From the NCBI RefSeq assembly GCF_006345805.1, contig NC_042997.1:20894001-20958000 (forward strand): a stretch of 64,000 nt of DNA, written 5' to 3'. Origin of the DNA: Octopus sinensis (lineage: Eukaryota). Positions 1 to 13,785 of this stretch are shown here, piece after piece. Each line of letters opens with the position of its first letter. The stretch's first letter is position 1. The translations under genes and the position numbers were made by a program. Under the pieces are notes generated by a model that saw only the letters and a program-made list of their open reading frames with translations, was not told where the DNA came from and searched no databases.

Positions 1-82
1 CTGCTATGATGATCTTGCTCTTATTGTAGAATCTTTAGCAGAAATGGAGAAGAAATTCTAGGTATGGAAACAAAACCTGGAA
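1..82 (+). pseudogene. RTE-clade LINE reverse transcriptase fragment (motif 5 region), cut by the window edge
   Basis: Translates as CYDDLALIVESLAEMEKKF*VWKQNLE, matching LLYTDDLALIAESLS*LEEKFQVWKQGLE of the RTE at 61035-61127; contains an in-frame stop. Confidence 0.75.
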
Positions 83-93
83 TATTATTCAGT

Positions 94-736
94 ATCATCA
101 TCATAATCATCCAGTGCTTTGAATCTGGGTTTTGTCCCTGTTAATGGGGTAGTCAGATCTACCTCAATGCCATAGCAACCACCTTCACACCATCTTGCCC
201 AGTCTTGGGCATCCTTTTTTTTCAAACCAACCCTCTCAAGCTCCTCCTCCACCTGTCCCTTCCACCTTTTCCTCGGTCTACCTTTCTTTCATGCTCCATT
301 TACCTCAAATGCAATCACCCTCCTCAGAACTATGCTCTTCATCCCTCCTCAACACATCCCCATACCACCTCACCTCATTCACCCTTTCCAACCATTCCAC
401 CGATTACACCAGCCCCAGCATTCCCATCAAATCCTCAGGTCTCCTCTTATCAAATAGCTTCATCCCACACATTTCTCTCACCATTGCTCTCTCAATCCTT
501 TTCAAAATTACAATCTCTCTCTCCCTCAGACACCATGTCTCACTCCCATACAGCATTGCAGCTCTCACACAACTCTTACAGACTCTTCCTTTCATCTTTA
601 ATGAGAACCCTTTCCCATATAACAATACTCCACATCTCCTGAACTTCACCCAGCCAAGTCTCGCTCTTGCTGTCACAGCTGCTTCACATCCACCACTTAC
701 ATCCACTCTGTCTACCAAATATGTGTTTACTAACAA
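94..736 (-). mobile_element. RTE-clade LINE 3' fragment (RT thumb/C-terminus, 3' UTR, (ATG)n tail)
   Basis: ORF 404-736 GGCEAAVTARARLGWVKF...RAAMLYGSETW resembles the RTE C-terminus; (TCA)n at 94-111 is the tail on the minus strand. Confidence 0.85.
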
Positions 737-1865
737 TGCAAAGTTCCTTCTTTGCAGAATATATTAAACTACTTTTGAGCTGTATCAAAAAAATTTCCTG
801 ATAATCATTTAGGGTGATGCATAGTTGTTTTCTTTTTTTTTTTTTGTTCAGAATAATTTTGTATCACCCTATATCAATTTAGGCTTTGTCTTACTATTGA
901 TTGTATATCTTGACATCTATGCTAGGTTTGCTTAAATATTAATTTACTCACCATATCTATGAACTCTATAGGAATATGTTCAAGGACTTCAAAACATAGT
1001 AACATAGTAAGTGGGTGTATTTGTGTTCTAAATTTCAAAAGTTTTGTTGTTGAGTTTCTGCTGATAGTATCACAGAAGTCAACTTTTCAACTCATTCTTT
1101 TGATAACATCCTCCCATTACTACATTTACTGCTTCATGTAGATATTATTAATATCTATTGGGATATTCTTTATTATAATCAATTTTCTGCATTACTGATA
1201 ATGTGTTCAGTTACTTAGCTATATGGTACTATGTTTGGCCAAAGTGCATTGAACAAAATAAAAGGTAATCAATACATGTGATAAACTTCGATTAATCTGC
1301 CGTAAATATATAATCAGAGGCCACAGCATAGACTGTTATGATAAGAGCTACTTATCTATAAAAACAGTTATGTCCCTTGTATCTTTTTCAGATAACATGC
1401 TGGGAATAGGTGGTGGTTGATGTTATGTGTGTCTGTATGTGTGTGTACATACAACGTCTAAATTGATCAAAGGATTATAGATTGTGCAACAATTTATTCA
1501 GTTTAAAAGTTACCAACCAGTGAATTAAAATGGACAGCAAAGCAAGATCAGATAATTTGACATTCCATCAAAACACAATATAGTAAAATTTCTGAATTTT
1601 GCATAAGGGAATTCAGATACTTCCTAACAAAGGAGTATCAAGTAAAGCTGGTTTATTTGTGAATATTGGGTCTAGAGTGATAGACAATGAACAAAATTGT
1701 ACAAAATTTGACAAAGCATCAAAATGGTTTAGAAACTCAAATAATGCCATACAGACAATACCTTTTACCTGCACATTTTCAAAAGCCCAATGAAATGATA
1801 AATTAATCTTTACCGCATTTGATTGTAATGGCAATTTTAAAGCCATAATAGCTGAAGAAAGTAGT

Positions 1866-2190
1866 CATGATCATGATCATGATCATGATCATCATCATCA
1901 TCGTTTAACGTCTGTTTTCCATGCTAGCATGGGTTGGATGGTTTGAGTGGGGTCTGGGAAGCCAGGAGGCTACTCCAGTCTGATCTGGCAGTGTTTCTAC
2001 AGTTGGATGCCCTTCCTAATGCCAACCACTCCATGTGTGTAGTGGGTGCTTTTTACGTGTCACTGGGACAGGGGCCAGAGGAGGCTGGCAAACGGCCTCG
2101 GTCAGTTGGTGCTTTTATGTGTCACCAATACAGACGCCAGCCAGGTGGCGCTAGCATCTGCCACGTTCGGATGGTGCTTTTTAAGAAATT
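1866..2190 (-). mobile_element. RTE 3'-UTR fragment (5'-truncated copy or non-autonomous derivative)
   Basis: (ATC)n followed by gtttaacgtc...ttccatgctagcatgggttgga...ggatgcccttcctaatgccaaccactcc, shared with the 3' end of the RTE at 59689-59850. Confidence 0.85.
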
Positions 2191-2226
2191 CTTTTATACA
2201 TAGAATACCAAAACCATACATACTTC

Positions 2227-2930
2227 ATTCATCATCATCATCGTCATCAACATCATCATTATCGTTTAACATCTGCTTTCCATGCTGGCATAGATTGGAC
2301 AGTTTGAATGAAAACTAGTAAGCCAGGGAGCTGCACCAGGTTCCAGTCTGATTTGGCAAGGTTTCTATGGGTTGGATGCCCTTCCTAATGCCAATCACTC
2401 CAAAGGTATAGTAGATGCTATTTACATGCCACCAACACAAGTGCCATTGACATAACACCAGCATCAGCCACCTCTATGATCTCACTTAGTTCCACAGGTC
2501 TACACAAACACAGTATATTGCCAAAGGTTTCAGTCACCTGTTACTGTCTCCATGAGGCCCAATGCTTGAATGGTGCTTTTTACATGCCACTAGCACAGGT
2601 ACCATTGACATGACACCAGCATCAGCCACATCTATGATCTCACTTGGCTCCACAGGTCTACACAAGCACAGTATATCTCCAAAGGTCTCAGTCACCTGCC
2701 ACTGTCTCCATGAGGCCCAATTCTTGAATGGTGTTTTACATGCCACCAGCAAAGGTGCCAGTCAGGTGGCACTGGCATCAGCCACGATTATGAATTTCAC
2801 TTGGCTTTACAGGTCTTCTCAAGCACAGCATATCACCCAATGTTTGAAGGGTTACGTGACACTGGCATCGGCCTCAACTACAATCTCACTTGGCTTGACA
2901 GGTCTTCTCAAGCACTATAGCAAACCTATA
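2227..2930 (-). mobile_element. Second RTE 3'-UTR fragment with internal ~157-bp tandem repeats
   Basis: Same (ATC)n-gtttaac...catgct...ggatgcccttcctaatgccaa head; tacatgccac recurs at 2423, 2581 and 2737. Confidence 0.8.
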
Positions 2931-3321
2931 GGGAACTCACTTGTAATTTGGAAGGACTCTGCTATGTTGGAAATGACCAGAATGAACCTCTTTATGGTAG
3001 ACCCAGGGTGAGTGATGAGAAATTTATCATTGCTATGCCAACACCAAGAACATATCAACGACTACATAAGTGGCTAGGTCAAAGAAAGTGTAAGGAAATT
3101 TTTGACACCAAATAATAAATTAGCAAGTGAAGTTAGCAGTTTTTGTGCATTTTTAAAAATTGTATCTACCATATTGTAATTGCTATATGTGTTTATGTCC
3201 TTAGCAACTGATTGATACTCCCTGTTATTTTGTTTGTGAGGTGCAATATTTACAGAACCAGTTATTGTTTCATCCAACTCATATTTTCAGTTAAAGTAAT
3301 GATACAGATAAAACTGGTTCC

Positions 3322-3518
3322 AAATTTTGGCACAAGGCCAGCAATTTTGGGGAAGGAGTAAGTCGATTACATTGACTCCAGCCATCACCTGGTTCTTATT
3401 TATCAAACCTAAAAGGATGAAAGGTAAAGTCAACCGTGGCAGAATTTGGACTCAGAATGCTAAGAGGGACAAAATACCATTAAGCATTTTGCTAATGATT
3501 CTGCCAGCTTGCCACCTT
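3322..3518 (-). mobile_element. SINE family A (Nin-domain-like), diverged copy
   Basis: Reverse complement of the aggcggcgagctggcagaa...gtcgactttgcctttcatcc...ataaattaagtaccag core seen in many copies in this window. Confidence 0.7.
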
Positions 3519-3569
3519 TATGATACAAATAATATAATACTTAAAGTTAAGGCAGTGAGCTAACAACAC

Positions 3570-3810
3570 TATCACCACATTGAGAAAAATGCTTTGCAGT
3601 ATTTCTTCCAGTTTTACACTCTGAGTTTGAATGCTGCAGGGTCTTTTAGGGGTTGATAATATAAGCACCAGTTAAACACTGGGATCAATGTAATTGACTT
3701 AGCCTCTCTCCCAAAATTGCTGGCCTTGAGGCAGAATTTGAAGCCAATATTATACTTAAATTTGAAGCCAATATTATACTTAAATATAAGCCAATATCAT
3801 ACTTAAATTT
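3570..3810 (+). mobile_element. SINE family A, diverged copy with a triplicated 24-bp tail
   Basis: ctctgagttt...ggggttgataa..agcaccagtt core; aatttgaagccaatattatactta repeated three times at 3735-3805. Confidence 0.6.
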
Positions 3811-5157
3811 ACCAAAATTCTTCACTTATTATGTATTATCTTTCACATAATAAGTGAAAGATAATACATAATCTTTCACTTATGTTTTATAATGTTGGTG
3901 TTCATTAATTAAAAATCTGATACCAGCTAATTTTTGCAGCTTACTTAAACCTCTACATAAAATTAATGATCCACTTTGAATAGATGACACTGAACTTAGT
4001 TCTCTGAAATTCTTTTTGCCTTGCTGCCACTCTAAAGGAACATCTATCTGCTTCACTGGCATGCTAGAAATAGCAATCAAATCTCCTTCAAATCACACTC
4101 TACTGTCTTAGAAAGGAACACTTTTGATAATGACTAAAAAACATAAAATGATTATGTTTTGTACACTTTTGGACATAGGTCTACATTGTGTAGACTGACT
4201 TTTGGCTAAACAACAATATTAATAACCAGTTTTATTTATGTATTATGAAATAAATATAATTATCAAATTGGTATGTTGTTTACCTTCAGATAAGCCATGA
4301 TGAAGTAGACCTATGATCTAAAACATTTTTAACTATTTGTATTTCTTGTCATATATATTTTTTTCCTGTCTTATTTACACCTGCGTAATTTGACACCTTT
4401 TTATTTTCTCTTTGCAACAGTAGGGCATGCATGGAAGGGAATTTAACTGTTATTTCCAACTGATTTGATGAATACATAGACTCACCCATTGGCTTGATTC
4501 AGCATGAAAGAGGTGGTTAGCAATGATTACAATAATGATGGTGACAAGGAGGAGGATGATTAATATTTCTTGTTAGTGAACTTCACAATAAATTTCCAAA
4601 TAGAAAAATGAAAAATTAGATTAAGATAACTGATATTTGTCCCAGTAGGCAATTTATAATTTTTGCTAGAGAGAATTTGTAGAAAATTTCTTTTAAAACC
4701 CATAAAGAAGCATAAAATTTTCGAGGAAAAAAAATGTAGGTAAAATTTCTGTAACTAATATTTCATAGAAGGATACTTGTCAATATTCTTGTCATATACA
4801 TCAATGAAAAATTTATTGAAAATATTATGTAGTATATGGCTTTCGTATATAGAACTCACTGGTATTTCTTTTAAAAAGTTGCAAAGTTGTTATTACTCTC
4901 TAAAATAAGTAAAAACTATTATGAAAGATACAGAATTCCGATACCAATTTTTAATATTATTGATAACTAGATTCATTCTTTGATATTGCAGACACATGCT
5001 TAAAATTCTCTGTTTATCTGTCTTCAATAGCCAGCATTATGGTTCCTCTGCTTGGTTCCATTCAGCCCCAGTTATTCATCTGTAACTTGGTAAATTCACT
5101 GAAACACACACACATTTGTATGTTTGTAGTCATATATTTGCATATATATAAAAAAAG

Positions 5158-5159
<2 letters not shown>

Positions 5160-5188
<29 letters not shown>

Positions 5189-5269
5189 GACACACACATA
5201 GAAGTAGAAATATTGATTTACATCTATACATATCATATATATAAGTGTGTGTGTGTTTGTGCGTGAGCG

Positions 5270-5315
<46 letters not shown>

Positions 5316-5460
5316 TATTTACATATTTGTATGTATGTATGTTTGTATCGATGTTTGTATGTGATATACATATGTATGTATATTTATACACACAGTCATA
5401 TGCATGCACACAAATACACACACATATTTAGTATTCATAGCTAGATATATTTATATATGA
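5160..5460. repeat. Compound (CA)n/(TA)n/(TATG)n microsatellite
   Basis: Read directly from the sequence. Confidence 0.95.
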
Positions 5461-6231
5461 ATATATAAGTATGGTGTGTATCCATATCTATATCTGCTTA
5501 TCTATCTGTCTATCTATATATCTATCTACATGTGTGTGTCTGTGTTTTCATGCATGTATACATGTATATAAATATTGTGCGTATGCATGTGTGTAATGTA
5601 TATCCATATTTTTATGCACATGTGCATGCACACATGTGTAGATATATGTGTGTCTTATAAAGCCTTTATATATTTAATCATCGTGTATGTGTACCTATTT
5701 GTGTTCATGTGTGTTTATACACGGCTTTTTAAAAAGAAATAAATGATAGTCTCTTATCTTCATGGCTAGGCTGACAGTCAAAGAATTTCTTTTACTTGAC
5801 AAGACATGAAAACCTTCTTTGATCTACTGCAATAAATAAGTTAGGCCTTGCCATTACTTTTCCAGTTATGTTTCAAATGTAGAACCATAATGTTTTTTTC
5901 ATACAGTAGTTGGCTAAAGAAAAGCAAATTAGCACCCTTGGTGACATTTTTTAAAAAGATTTCCTTTCCCCTCACCGCTCTTCCTAATGTTGGATTCAAA
6001 TATTGCAATATTGATAAGAATGAAAGATTTACCATGTCCATGTATAAGAAGATAAGTGTTTCCTTAACTTAAGTGTTTTATTTTCAGTTAAATTTTATTG
6101 CTCTTATCTTCTACTTTCTAACATTTGGTGAATATATTCTAACTTGAATAAATGGAGCTTGTATTATTTTGCGTTTATCTCCCATTTAAACTTTGATCAT
6201 TTTCTGTCACTCCTCACATATTAAATATTTA

Positions 6232-6590
6232 TATGGCCACTTGACCCGCTAGAAACAGCAGCCAACTTCCCTCAACTGACACCCTTACCATTTAAGTAAG
6301 AAAAGGATACATAGGGTAATGTAGTCTTGGATTTTGTTAAATAAGTACCAGTTACACACTGGGATCGATATAATCGACTTAATTTGTTTGTCTGTCCTTG
6401 TTTGTCCTCTCTGTGTTTAGCCCCTTGTGGGTAGTAAAGAAATAGGTATTTTGTCTGCCACTACATTCTGAGTTCAAATTCCGCCAAGGTCAACTTTGTC
6501 TTTCATCTTTTCGGAGTCAATTAAATAAGTACCAGTTATGCACTGGGGTCGATATAATCAACCTAATCCCTTTGTCTATCCTTGTTTGTC
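6232..6590 (+). mobile_element. SINE cluster: a gacc(c/t)gctagaaa(c/t)agcagcc-type fragment followed by family A units joined tail-to-ggtatt
   Basis: Family A 3' part 6340-6444 (ending aaagaaata), then a second unit from 6445; the gctagaaatag motif also occurs near 4062 and 6705. Confidence 0.8.
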
Positions 6591-7125
6591 CCTTTAGCTA
6601 AACAACAATACCCACATTGATCAAGTAGGGGACTCGTGTTTAGCATCAATATCAACATCATCATCACAAGCCAACACAGGAACCTCTGCATAGTTGTTTG
6701 ACCTGCTAGAAATAGAAGCTAAATCTCTCTCAAATTCTACCCTACCATCTTGGAAAGAGAGAAGTATACTTTGGATTATTAAATCTTAGGTGTGCATCAT
6801 TGCAACAAAAAAAAAATGAAATAATCATCACTGAAATACATTTGATAATAGGTCTGCTCAGTCAGATGTATAATCTCTAAGACCAAGAACTAAACAACAG
6901 TATTATTGCTACTTCCTACAATTTTTGCTATTTCTATTTCATTGTTATGATTACATTGATAGTATATACATAGAGTATATAAGTATATATATATATATAT
7001 ATTATATATATATATATATATATGATATGAAGGGTGAGAGAGAGAGAATACATATTGATATCGATGATAAATCAATGACTTTCAACAGCTGTTTCATTAA
7101 GAATAAACATCATATTTTATTCTTG

Positions 7126-7214
<89 letters not shown>

Positions 7215-7551
7215 TATAAATTGATATAAATTAAATTTAGAGGAATGTCTATTCAAAATCAACAAGATAATGATGTCCTAGCTATAAGCTATTACTGATA
7301 TAAACACAAATTACAAATGAGATTGAGAGAATCACACACACACACATACACAAACACATACACACACACACACAAATACACACACACATATATATATATA
7401 GAGAGAGAGCAAGGTTAATGGTGCTATGTAATTTAGTTGTTTATCTCATGTACCACTCAAACAGATGATAGTTTTCTGAAAGTTGAAAGATTGAGATGTC
7501 ACCCAGATGACACCACACCACTAATTCAAGAATCCACTAAACATCCATAGA

Positions 7552-7590
<39 letters not shown>

Positions 7591-7649
7591 ACATTCTGGG
7601 CTGCATTGGGTCCGAGGTGAGTCACACAGTGTTGGTAGATGTGAGATCG

Positions 7650-8048
7650 GCATTCCAGAAGGGCACAATTCTGATTGCAGCAATAAGATAGTTCACGTTA
7701 TCTGTTGATTGATACTACAGGCTGGTGGAGAATGTGCAATCTTTCACAGATGTAGAGCTGGTAATTACAGGTACCAGGTGAATAAGGAGGATCCCTGTTG
7801 ATCATGTTCCTTTCAACATTTAGGGTATCGTTCTGGAGATCATGGAGTCTCTAGTGGAAACAAGATGAAAAGGTGGAATTTTGTCTATCCCTACACCTAA
7901 GCAAGTGCATATGCTGTGTGTACCATCCCTTGAAATCATTGGTTGTCATGCCAGTATAATACCTTGTGATGCCGTCAGATGGTGTGAGGGTGGTTCTATA
8001 GACTACAGCCCTTAAGAGGCAGAGTCCTCCTAGAGGGCAGCTGGTAAG
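7650..8048 (-). pseudogene. Penelope-like element GIY-YIG endonuclease remnant
   Basis: Translates as CPLGGLCLLRAVVYRTTLTPSDGITRYYTGMTTNDFKGWYTQH...NSTFS...PYSPGTCNYQLYICERLHIL...SINR*REL, fitting the Penelope CPLxGxCL-VVY-YIG-FKxR-H...CxLCxxE pattern; contains stops. Confidence 0.75.
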
Positions 8049-8859
8049 ATTTCAGTAACTACAGGCTGGGATTGGAGGATGCACAAGTACATGTTTGCAT
8101 TTCTTACTCTCAAGAAATGCAAACACAGGTTGGCCCCTTACAAGGACAATGGCCTGACGATCTCAAACCATATGGAAGGGAATCCCCTTTGTTCACCTCC
8201 ATTAACGTGGGTGTGTGCATGCACACACACACACACACACACACACATCTATGTACATATACTTCTCTTTTCTTTCTTCCCTGCACACCAATTCCCACCC
8301 CTTCCCAACATCATTGTTGAAACTACACTAACATGCATCTGTCATGCTTGCACACATAAATACCAAAAGCATTAAATTCACACACACACACTGGATAAAA
8401 ACTCATGCATATATATTCCTCCAGACCACATGCACACATTCACATATAAACACAAGAATGTACACACATTCACCAATCATCTATATGTATGCACAACCAT
8501 ACATGTGTCCTAAACATGTTCAGGCATGCACGCATATACAGTAGACACTAATACACATGTAACCACTTACATACACACACTCATAACATACATGCAGCTG
8601 ATATACACAGCTGACACATCTGCCTACATATTCATGCACACAAGTACTGACACACCACCGATATGCACCAGTACTCATACATGCATCCTAGAAAACATGC
8701 GCTGGCACATCAATGAACTGATGCCATTAGCCCTTACTCACATGCCAACCTTCATCCATATGCCAGCTTACACACACACACATGCACCCTCTGTACACAT
8801 AAGCATAGACATCAGGCAGCCACATCCATGCACTTATATATCTTGTACTCTTTCACTGG

Positions 8860-9130
8860 CCATCACTCTGTCGGTCTCCAAGTCATTTCTTCAAAGGTTT
8901 ACCAAACACCAAGACACTACCAGTTTCCTGTTCAGCCAGGTTCTCTAAGAAATTCCGTTTTTATAATGCATCTGATGTCACTAGGATGCTGATCTCGCTT
9001 CTACCAACACCATGTGACCAATCCTGATCTAATGCAACACATTTTCCAGTAGCCATCTTGGACTTTCTCTATGTCTTCATTCAGTTAACTGCAACTGAAT
9101 GAGTTGTTTCTGTAAGAAGCCTGCAAAACT
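8860..9130 (-). mobile_element. Possible highly degraded RTE-type LINE 3' fragment
   Basis: Weak similarity (EKVQDGYWKMC...; DLGDRQSD) to the RTE C-terminal region. Confidence 0.35.
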
Positions 9131-9599
9131 TCAAGTCACATAGAGCTAAATCAAACAGTTTTGAATACTACTACTAATAATAATAATAATGATGATGATG
9201 ATGATGATGATGACCGTTATACGGGATAAGATGATGACCATTATACGGGGTAAAATGGGAAGATGGTGTATGTTGTAAGGGGTCCTAAAACGCTTAGTGT
9301 AGTAATAATATTATGGAATAAACCTATTCGGACACTTAGGAAGTAGACGGTTAGGGTTGGAAAATGTCCAACTGTTCGTTAATATGAGAGACAGACAGAG
9401 AGACGAGACAGAGACAGAACAAGAGAGAAAGAGAAATAGTGAAAGAGAGAGATTTACTCAATTTAAAGGTCAAATAAAAGGTGTTTGCAAAAACACATAT
9501 TTACATGCAGATGCATTAATGTATAAATATGTAGACACATTTAAATGTATATGTAACAATGTACACATACATAAATATATATAAACACACTTTTAGATA

Positions 9600-10050
9600 C
9601 AGACAACACATTTCTTTATAAAGCTATCTTCATCCATATGCATCACATTTTCATACCAGTGCAGTCCTCTTTCCTCTTTGCTATATCTGATTCTTCTTAT
9701 GCTCAGGTTTTTTCTCATCACATTTGCTCTTTATTGTACATGCACACCAACGTTGTATATCTATCAGAGCATACAAGCTACATTCCTTTCTAGTCATTGC
9801 ATGTCTTCTGCATTCAAGGTGCAAAACTCACTGGCATTGTAGAGAGTTGTTATTTGTGCACAGGCGTCATATAATCTGCCTGTCACTTTGAGGGAGAGAC
9901 ATTTTTGTTATTAATACAGGTAATAATTCCCTGAACTTTCTCCATTCTATTTTTTTTTCTAGAAGCTATAGTTTTGGAACATGCTCCAGGATATCTGTTA
10001 TGCACAAATATTACATCCTCTGATAACATTCCTTTGATTCTACCGCACCT
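9600..10050 (-). mobile_element. RTE LINE C-terminal fragment
   Basis: RKFRELLPVLITK...GRLYDAC...NAEDMQ*LERN...GLHWYENVMHMDEDSFIKKC, similar to the RTE at 60187-61034. Confidence 0.8.
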
Positions 10051-10149
10051 CTAATATGCCCATAGCTAGCACTAGGCACATTATATGGAGTTTCTATTTA
10101 CATTTACGTCTGTATATGTATGCATGTATATATATATATATATATATAC

Positions 10150-10270
10150 ACGGAATAGATGAAACAGAGACAACTGAAGAAGGGGAATATTCTTTATGTT
10201 GCATGTCTCGTTTCTATGTTTTTGTTTCTCATTTTGCTCTACGCTTTTTGATGTCCTGTACCCATATATG
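10150..10270 (+). repeat. Interspersed repeat family F (gacaactga(a/t)gaag...gatgtcctgtaccc), unclassified
   Basis: Shares both end motifs with the minus-strand copy at about 47150-47290. Confidence 0.55.
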
Positions 10271-10335
10271 CATGTATATAAACATATATATGTAGGTATG
10301 AACATATATGTATACGTGGATATATTTATATATAT

Positions 10336-10416
<81 letters not shown>

Positions 10417-11351
10417 GTATGCACGTATATATATATATAAATATATGTATGTATACATTTGTTTATGTGTGTGTGTGTGTGTGTGTACATATATACATGT
10501 GAGAGTATGAGAGAGAGAGAAAGAGTATGCTGTGCATGCTTATTAGCAAATGCCAAAGGTATCTATCATGTGTTTTATATTTCCCAACAGAATTTTTGTT
10601 TTTGTATCCTTCCTGTACATCTATTTCCCACAGAGAAATTTCTCTATCCGGTTTTATTCTTGAAATCTCATTTTCCTGTTCTTTCATCAACATCCTTGTT
10701 GAATATCAAGGCATTGTACCCTTCACTATATTATCTAATACATACATATTTTTTCTTAAAAAGCATAGAATTTTATTTAAGGGAAATTTAGTCAATATTT
10801 CCACCAGGCTGATGGAGATTTAGTCACTATTTCTACTATGCAGAAGCTCTGCTAATTGCTTTGTTTATGTATAGCATTTGATTACCTCTGCACAATATAT
10901 CTCCAAATAGCTGTTATACTATTTTTGTATATTGCTTTTTCATCTTTCTAGATTGAACAATAAAATTTCATAAATTATATGTGAAAACACTACACAGGAA
11001 GTTAACATTATGAGTTACATTATTCTTCTGAAGATTTTATTGCTTTGATAAGAAAAAGTGCTTTAAATCTTACTATAATGGATATATTTAAAATATGGCT
11101 GGTAGTGTACATCAAATTGATTTTGCTATTTAAACAGACTTATTTTGTTAATAAGCAATAATTGAAGCAATAATTAAATATTATATAGAATGATTACAAT
11201 GAACTTGTCTAAATTTGGTGATTAATTTGTAAAAGATTATTCCCAAATAGCGAATGATTTGAAATTGCAATTTGCATTTCTAATTTTTATATGCAAAACA
11301 TGTTACATATTTTTCAAGAGATATTATTATTATCTCTGCATGTAATAATGG

Positions 11352-11550
11352 TTTCAAATTTTGGCACAAAACCATCAAATTCCAAGGAAGAGTAAGTTGA
11401 TTACATGAACACCAGTGATCAACTGGTTCTTATTTTGTCGACTTTGAAAGGAAGAAAGGCAAAGGCAACTTCAGCAGAATTTGAACTCAAAATATAAAGA
11501 TGCCGCTTAGCATTTTACCTTGCATTCTAATGATTCTGTCAGCCCCCTGC
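11352..11550 (-). mobile_element. SINE family A, diverged copy
   Basis: ttttggcaca...gaaaggcaaag...agaatttgaactc...ctgtcagcccc, same layout as 3322-3518. Confidence 0.65.
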
Positions 11551-11785
11551 CATATCATCTCTGAATGTCAAAATAAACTTATAAAAATATTTTATAAGTT
11601 GCTGTAAAATCTACATTACAAGATAATTTTAGTTAAAGTAGATATCCAATTCCTCGTATAGTAAGTGAGCATATGAAAAGTATCCAACTGTCAAATAGCT
11701 GTTTATTTATTGTATTAACAATGTAGCAGGGAAAGATATATGCAACACAATTTTTAACATTTTTCTTGAGAATATCACAACATTA

Positions 11786-11947
11786 GGCGTAGGAGTGGCT
11801 GTATGGTAAGTAGATTGCTAACGAATGACATGGTTCTGCGATCAGTCCCACTGCGTGGCACCTTGGGCAAGTGTCTTCTACTATAGCCTCGGGCCGACCA
11901 AAACCATGTGAGTGGATTTGGTAGATGAAAACTGGCAGAAGACTGTC

Positions 11948-12001
<54 letters not shown>

Positions 12002-12234
12002 GTGTGTATATGTTTGTGTGTCTGTGTTTGTCCCCCACCCCGCCAACATCGCTTGACAACCGATGCTGGTGTGTTTACATCCCCGTAACTTAGCGGTTCA
12101 GCAAAACAGACCGATAGAATAAGTACTAGGCTTACAAAAACTAAGTCCTGGGGTCGATTTGCTCGACTAAAGTTGGTGCTCCAGCATGGCCACAGTCAAA
12201 TGACTGAAACAAGTAAAAGTGTAAAGTGTAAAGT
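11786..12234 (+). mobile_element. SINE family B (tRNA-derived head, internal microsatellite, gactgaaacaagtaaa tail)
   Basis: A-box tggctgtatggt and B-box-like atcagtccc; near-identical to 36345-36800 and 51156-51564. Confidence 0.9.
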
Positions 12235-13554
12235 ATTAATATTACATATATACCTAGATAATATATCATAATTTTGATCTCATTAGTAATTTTAAAGTCT
12301 TCTTTCCTATTGTCTATATATATATAAAAATAGTGGTAGGCTGAATTGGTAGTATATCAGACAAACTGTCTTATAATACTAAGTCCTTTATGTTTTCAAT
12401 TCAAAACCTGTTGGAATATTCTTGGATTTTAATTTATGTAGTACTATAGGAGAATGACATTACAACATCACAATGAAATCAATAAACGACCTTGTGCATA
12501 TATTTTAAAAGAGGATATCAAAATATTTTTCTAGTTTGTTGAAAAAAGATTTATCAGCTGTATAGTAACACAAACCATCATGTTATTATTTGTATTAGGT
12601 TAGATATTTGAAATATATTATTTTCTTATTTGACTGCTGGTAAAATAACTTATATTTGAGTTATATGAAATAGGAATATTCTTGTATAAAGAAAATAAAG
12701 CAATATTTAGAAATGCTGAAACATTTTAATAAGTTTGTAATTTACCTGTTTTTGTTACAAGACCAACATTCAACACATGTGATTTTATATGCCTTAATTT
12801 ATTTCACCATTTCATCCAGTTTTCTTGACATTTACACAAAATGTTCTGTGCTTGTTTTATAAAGAGAAGTACGGGGACATAGAAAACTAAGTTGATAAAG
12901 AATATTTCATTTCTACTTGACTAAAACCAAATTTAAAGAGTTAAAGAAAACGATAAACATAGATAATTTTAAGGTAATTAGCTGTTATGTTAAGCTGTTT
13001 AAACAAAAAAATCTACTTAAAAGAATTTCGATTTTTACACCACTTTCTCTCAACAACAGAATTTATTAGGTTGAACTAATATAATTTCAAGTTCAAGCTC
13101 CTGTAAAATCGTTCCTAAATTAATTATAGTGCCATTTTCTGATATTATGGAAGTATTAAAATCAAATGCTTGTGAGTTTAAATCATAATGAATCAAATAT
13201 ATTCTAATATAATTTCCTTAGTGTTTAAAGAATTTGTAGCAAATAATAGTTGTTTTATTAAATGCTATAAGAATATTGTAACCTGCTATCAATTTAATGC
13301 TAGTGAATACAAATTTATCTTCAGAATCTTTAAAATTGAATTAGTGATTCAATTTATATAATTTGTATAAAACTCTTAAAGACAGATAGAATCACCATTG
13401 TCCCATTCCTGGATTTTAAGCAGATTTGTGCTTGAATTTGATAAAATATTTTCCAAAACGGATTTAGCATAGAAATTCTTAATTTATATAAATAAATAAT
13501 ATCCTCAAAAATAACAGATTTCCTAATAAAATAGTTATCATATGTAGCACTTCA

Positions 13555-13785
13555 AAAGGTGGCAAGCTGGCAGGATTGTTAGCATACCAAGCAAAATGCC
13601 TTTCATCCATCTTTAAATTCATCATCATCATCATCATTATTTAAATCTTGCACTCAAATTCCGACTTTTCCTGTCATCCTGTTGGGATTGATAAAATAAG
13701 AACCAGTTGAGGGCTGTGATCAAGGTAATCAACTTATCCACTTCCACCAAATTTATTGTCTTTGTGCCAAAATTTGAAGAAACCA
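13555..13785 (+). mobile_element. SINE family A, diverged copy
   Basis: aaggtggcaagctggcag...caaattcc...tcatcct...gataaaataagaaccagtt...tgtgccaaaatttgaa. Confidence 0.6.

Noticed and set aside
195-767. 190-aa and 145-aa Ser/Pro/Leu-rich plus-strand ORFs
   Set aside because: Antisense frames of the minus-strand RTE fragment
947-1851. Candidate host exons (minus-strand GTGAGT donor near 950; short exon at about 1769-1851; ORF 1599-1793)
   Set aside because: No recognisable homology; such splice-like motifs are expected by chance in 64 kb
4400-4490. Strong polypyrimidine-AG acceptor at about 4420
   Set aside because: The downstream sequence has no convincing open frame or donor and resembles local repeat fragments
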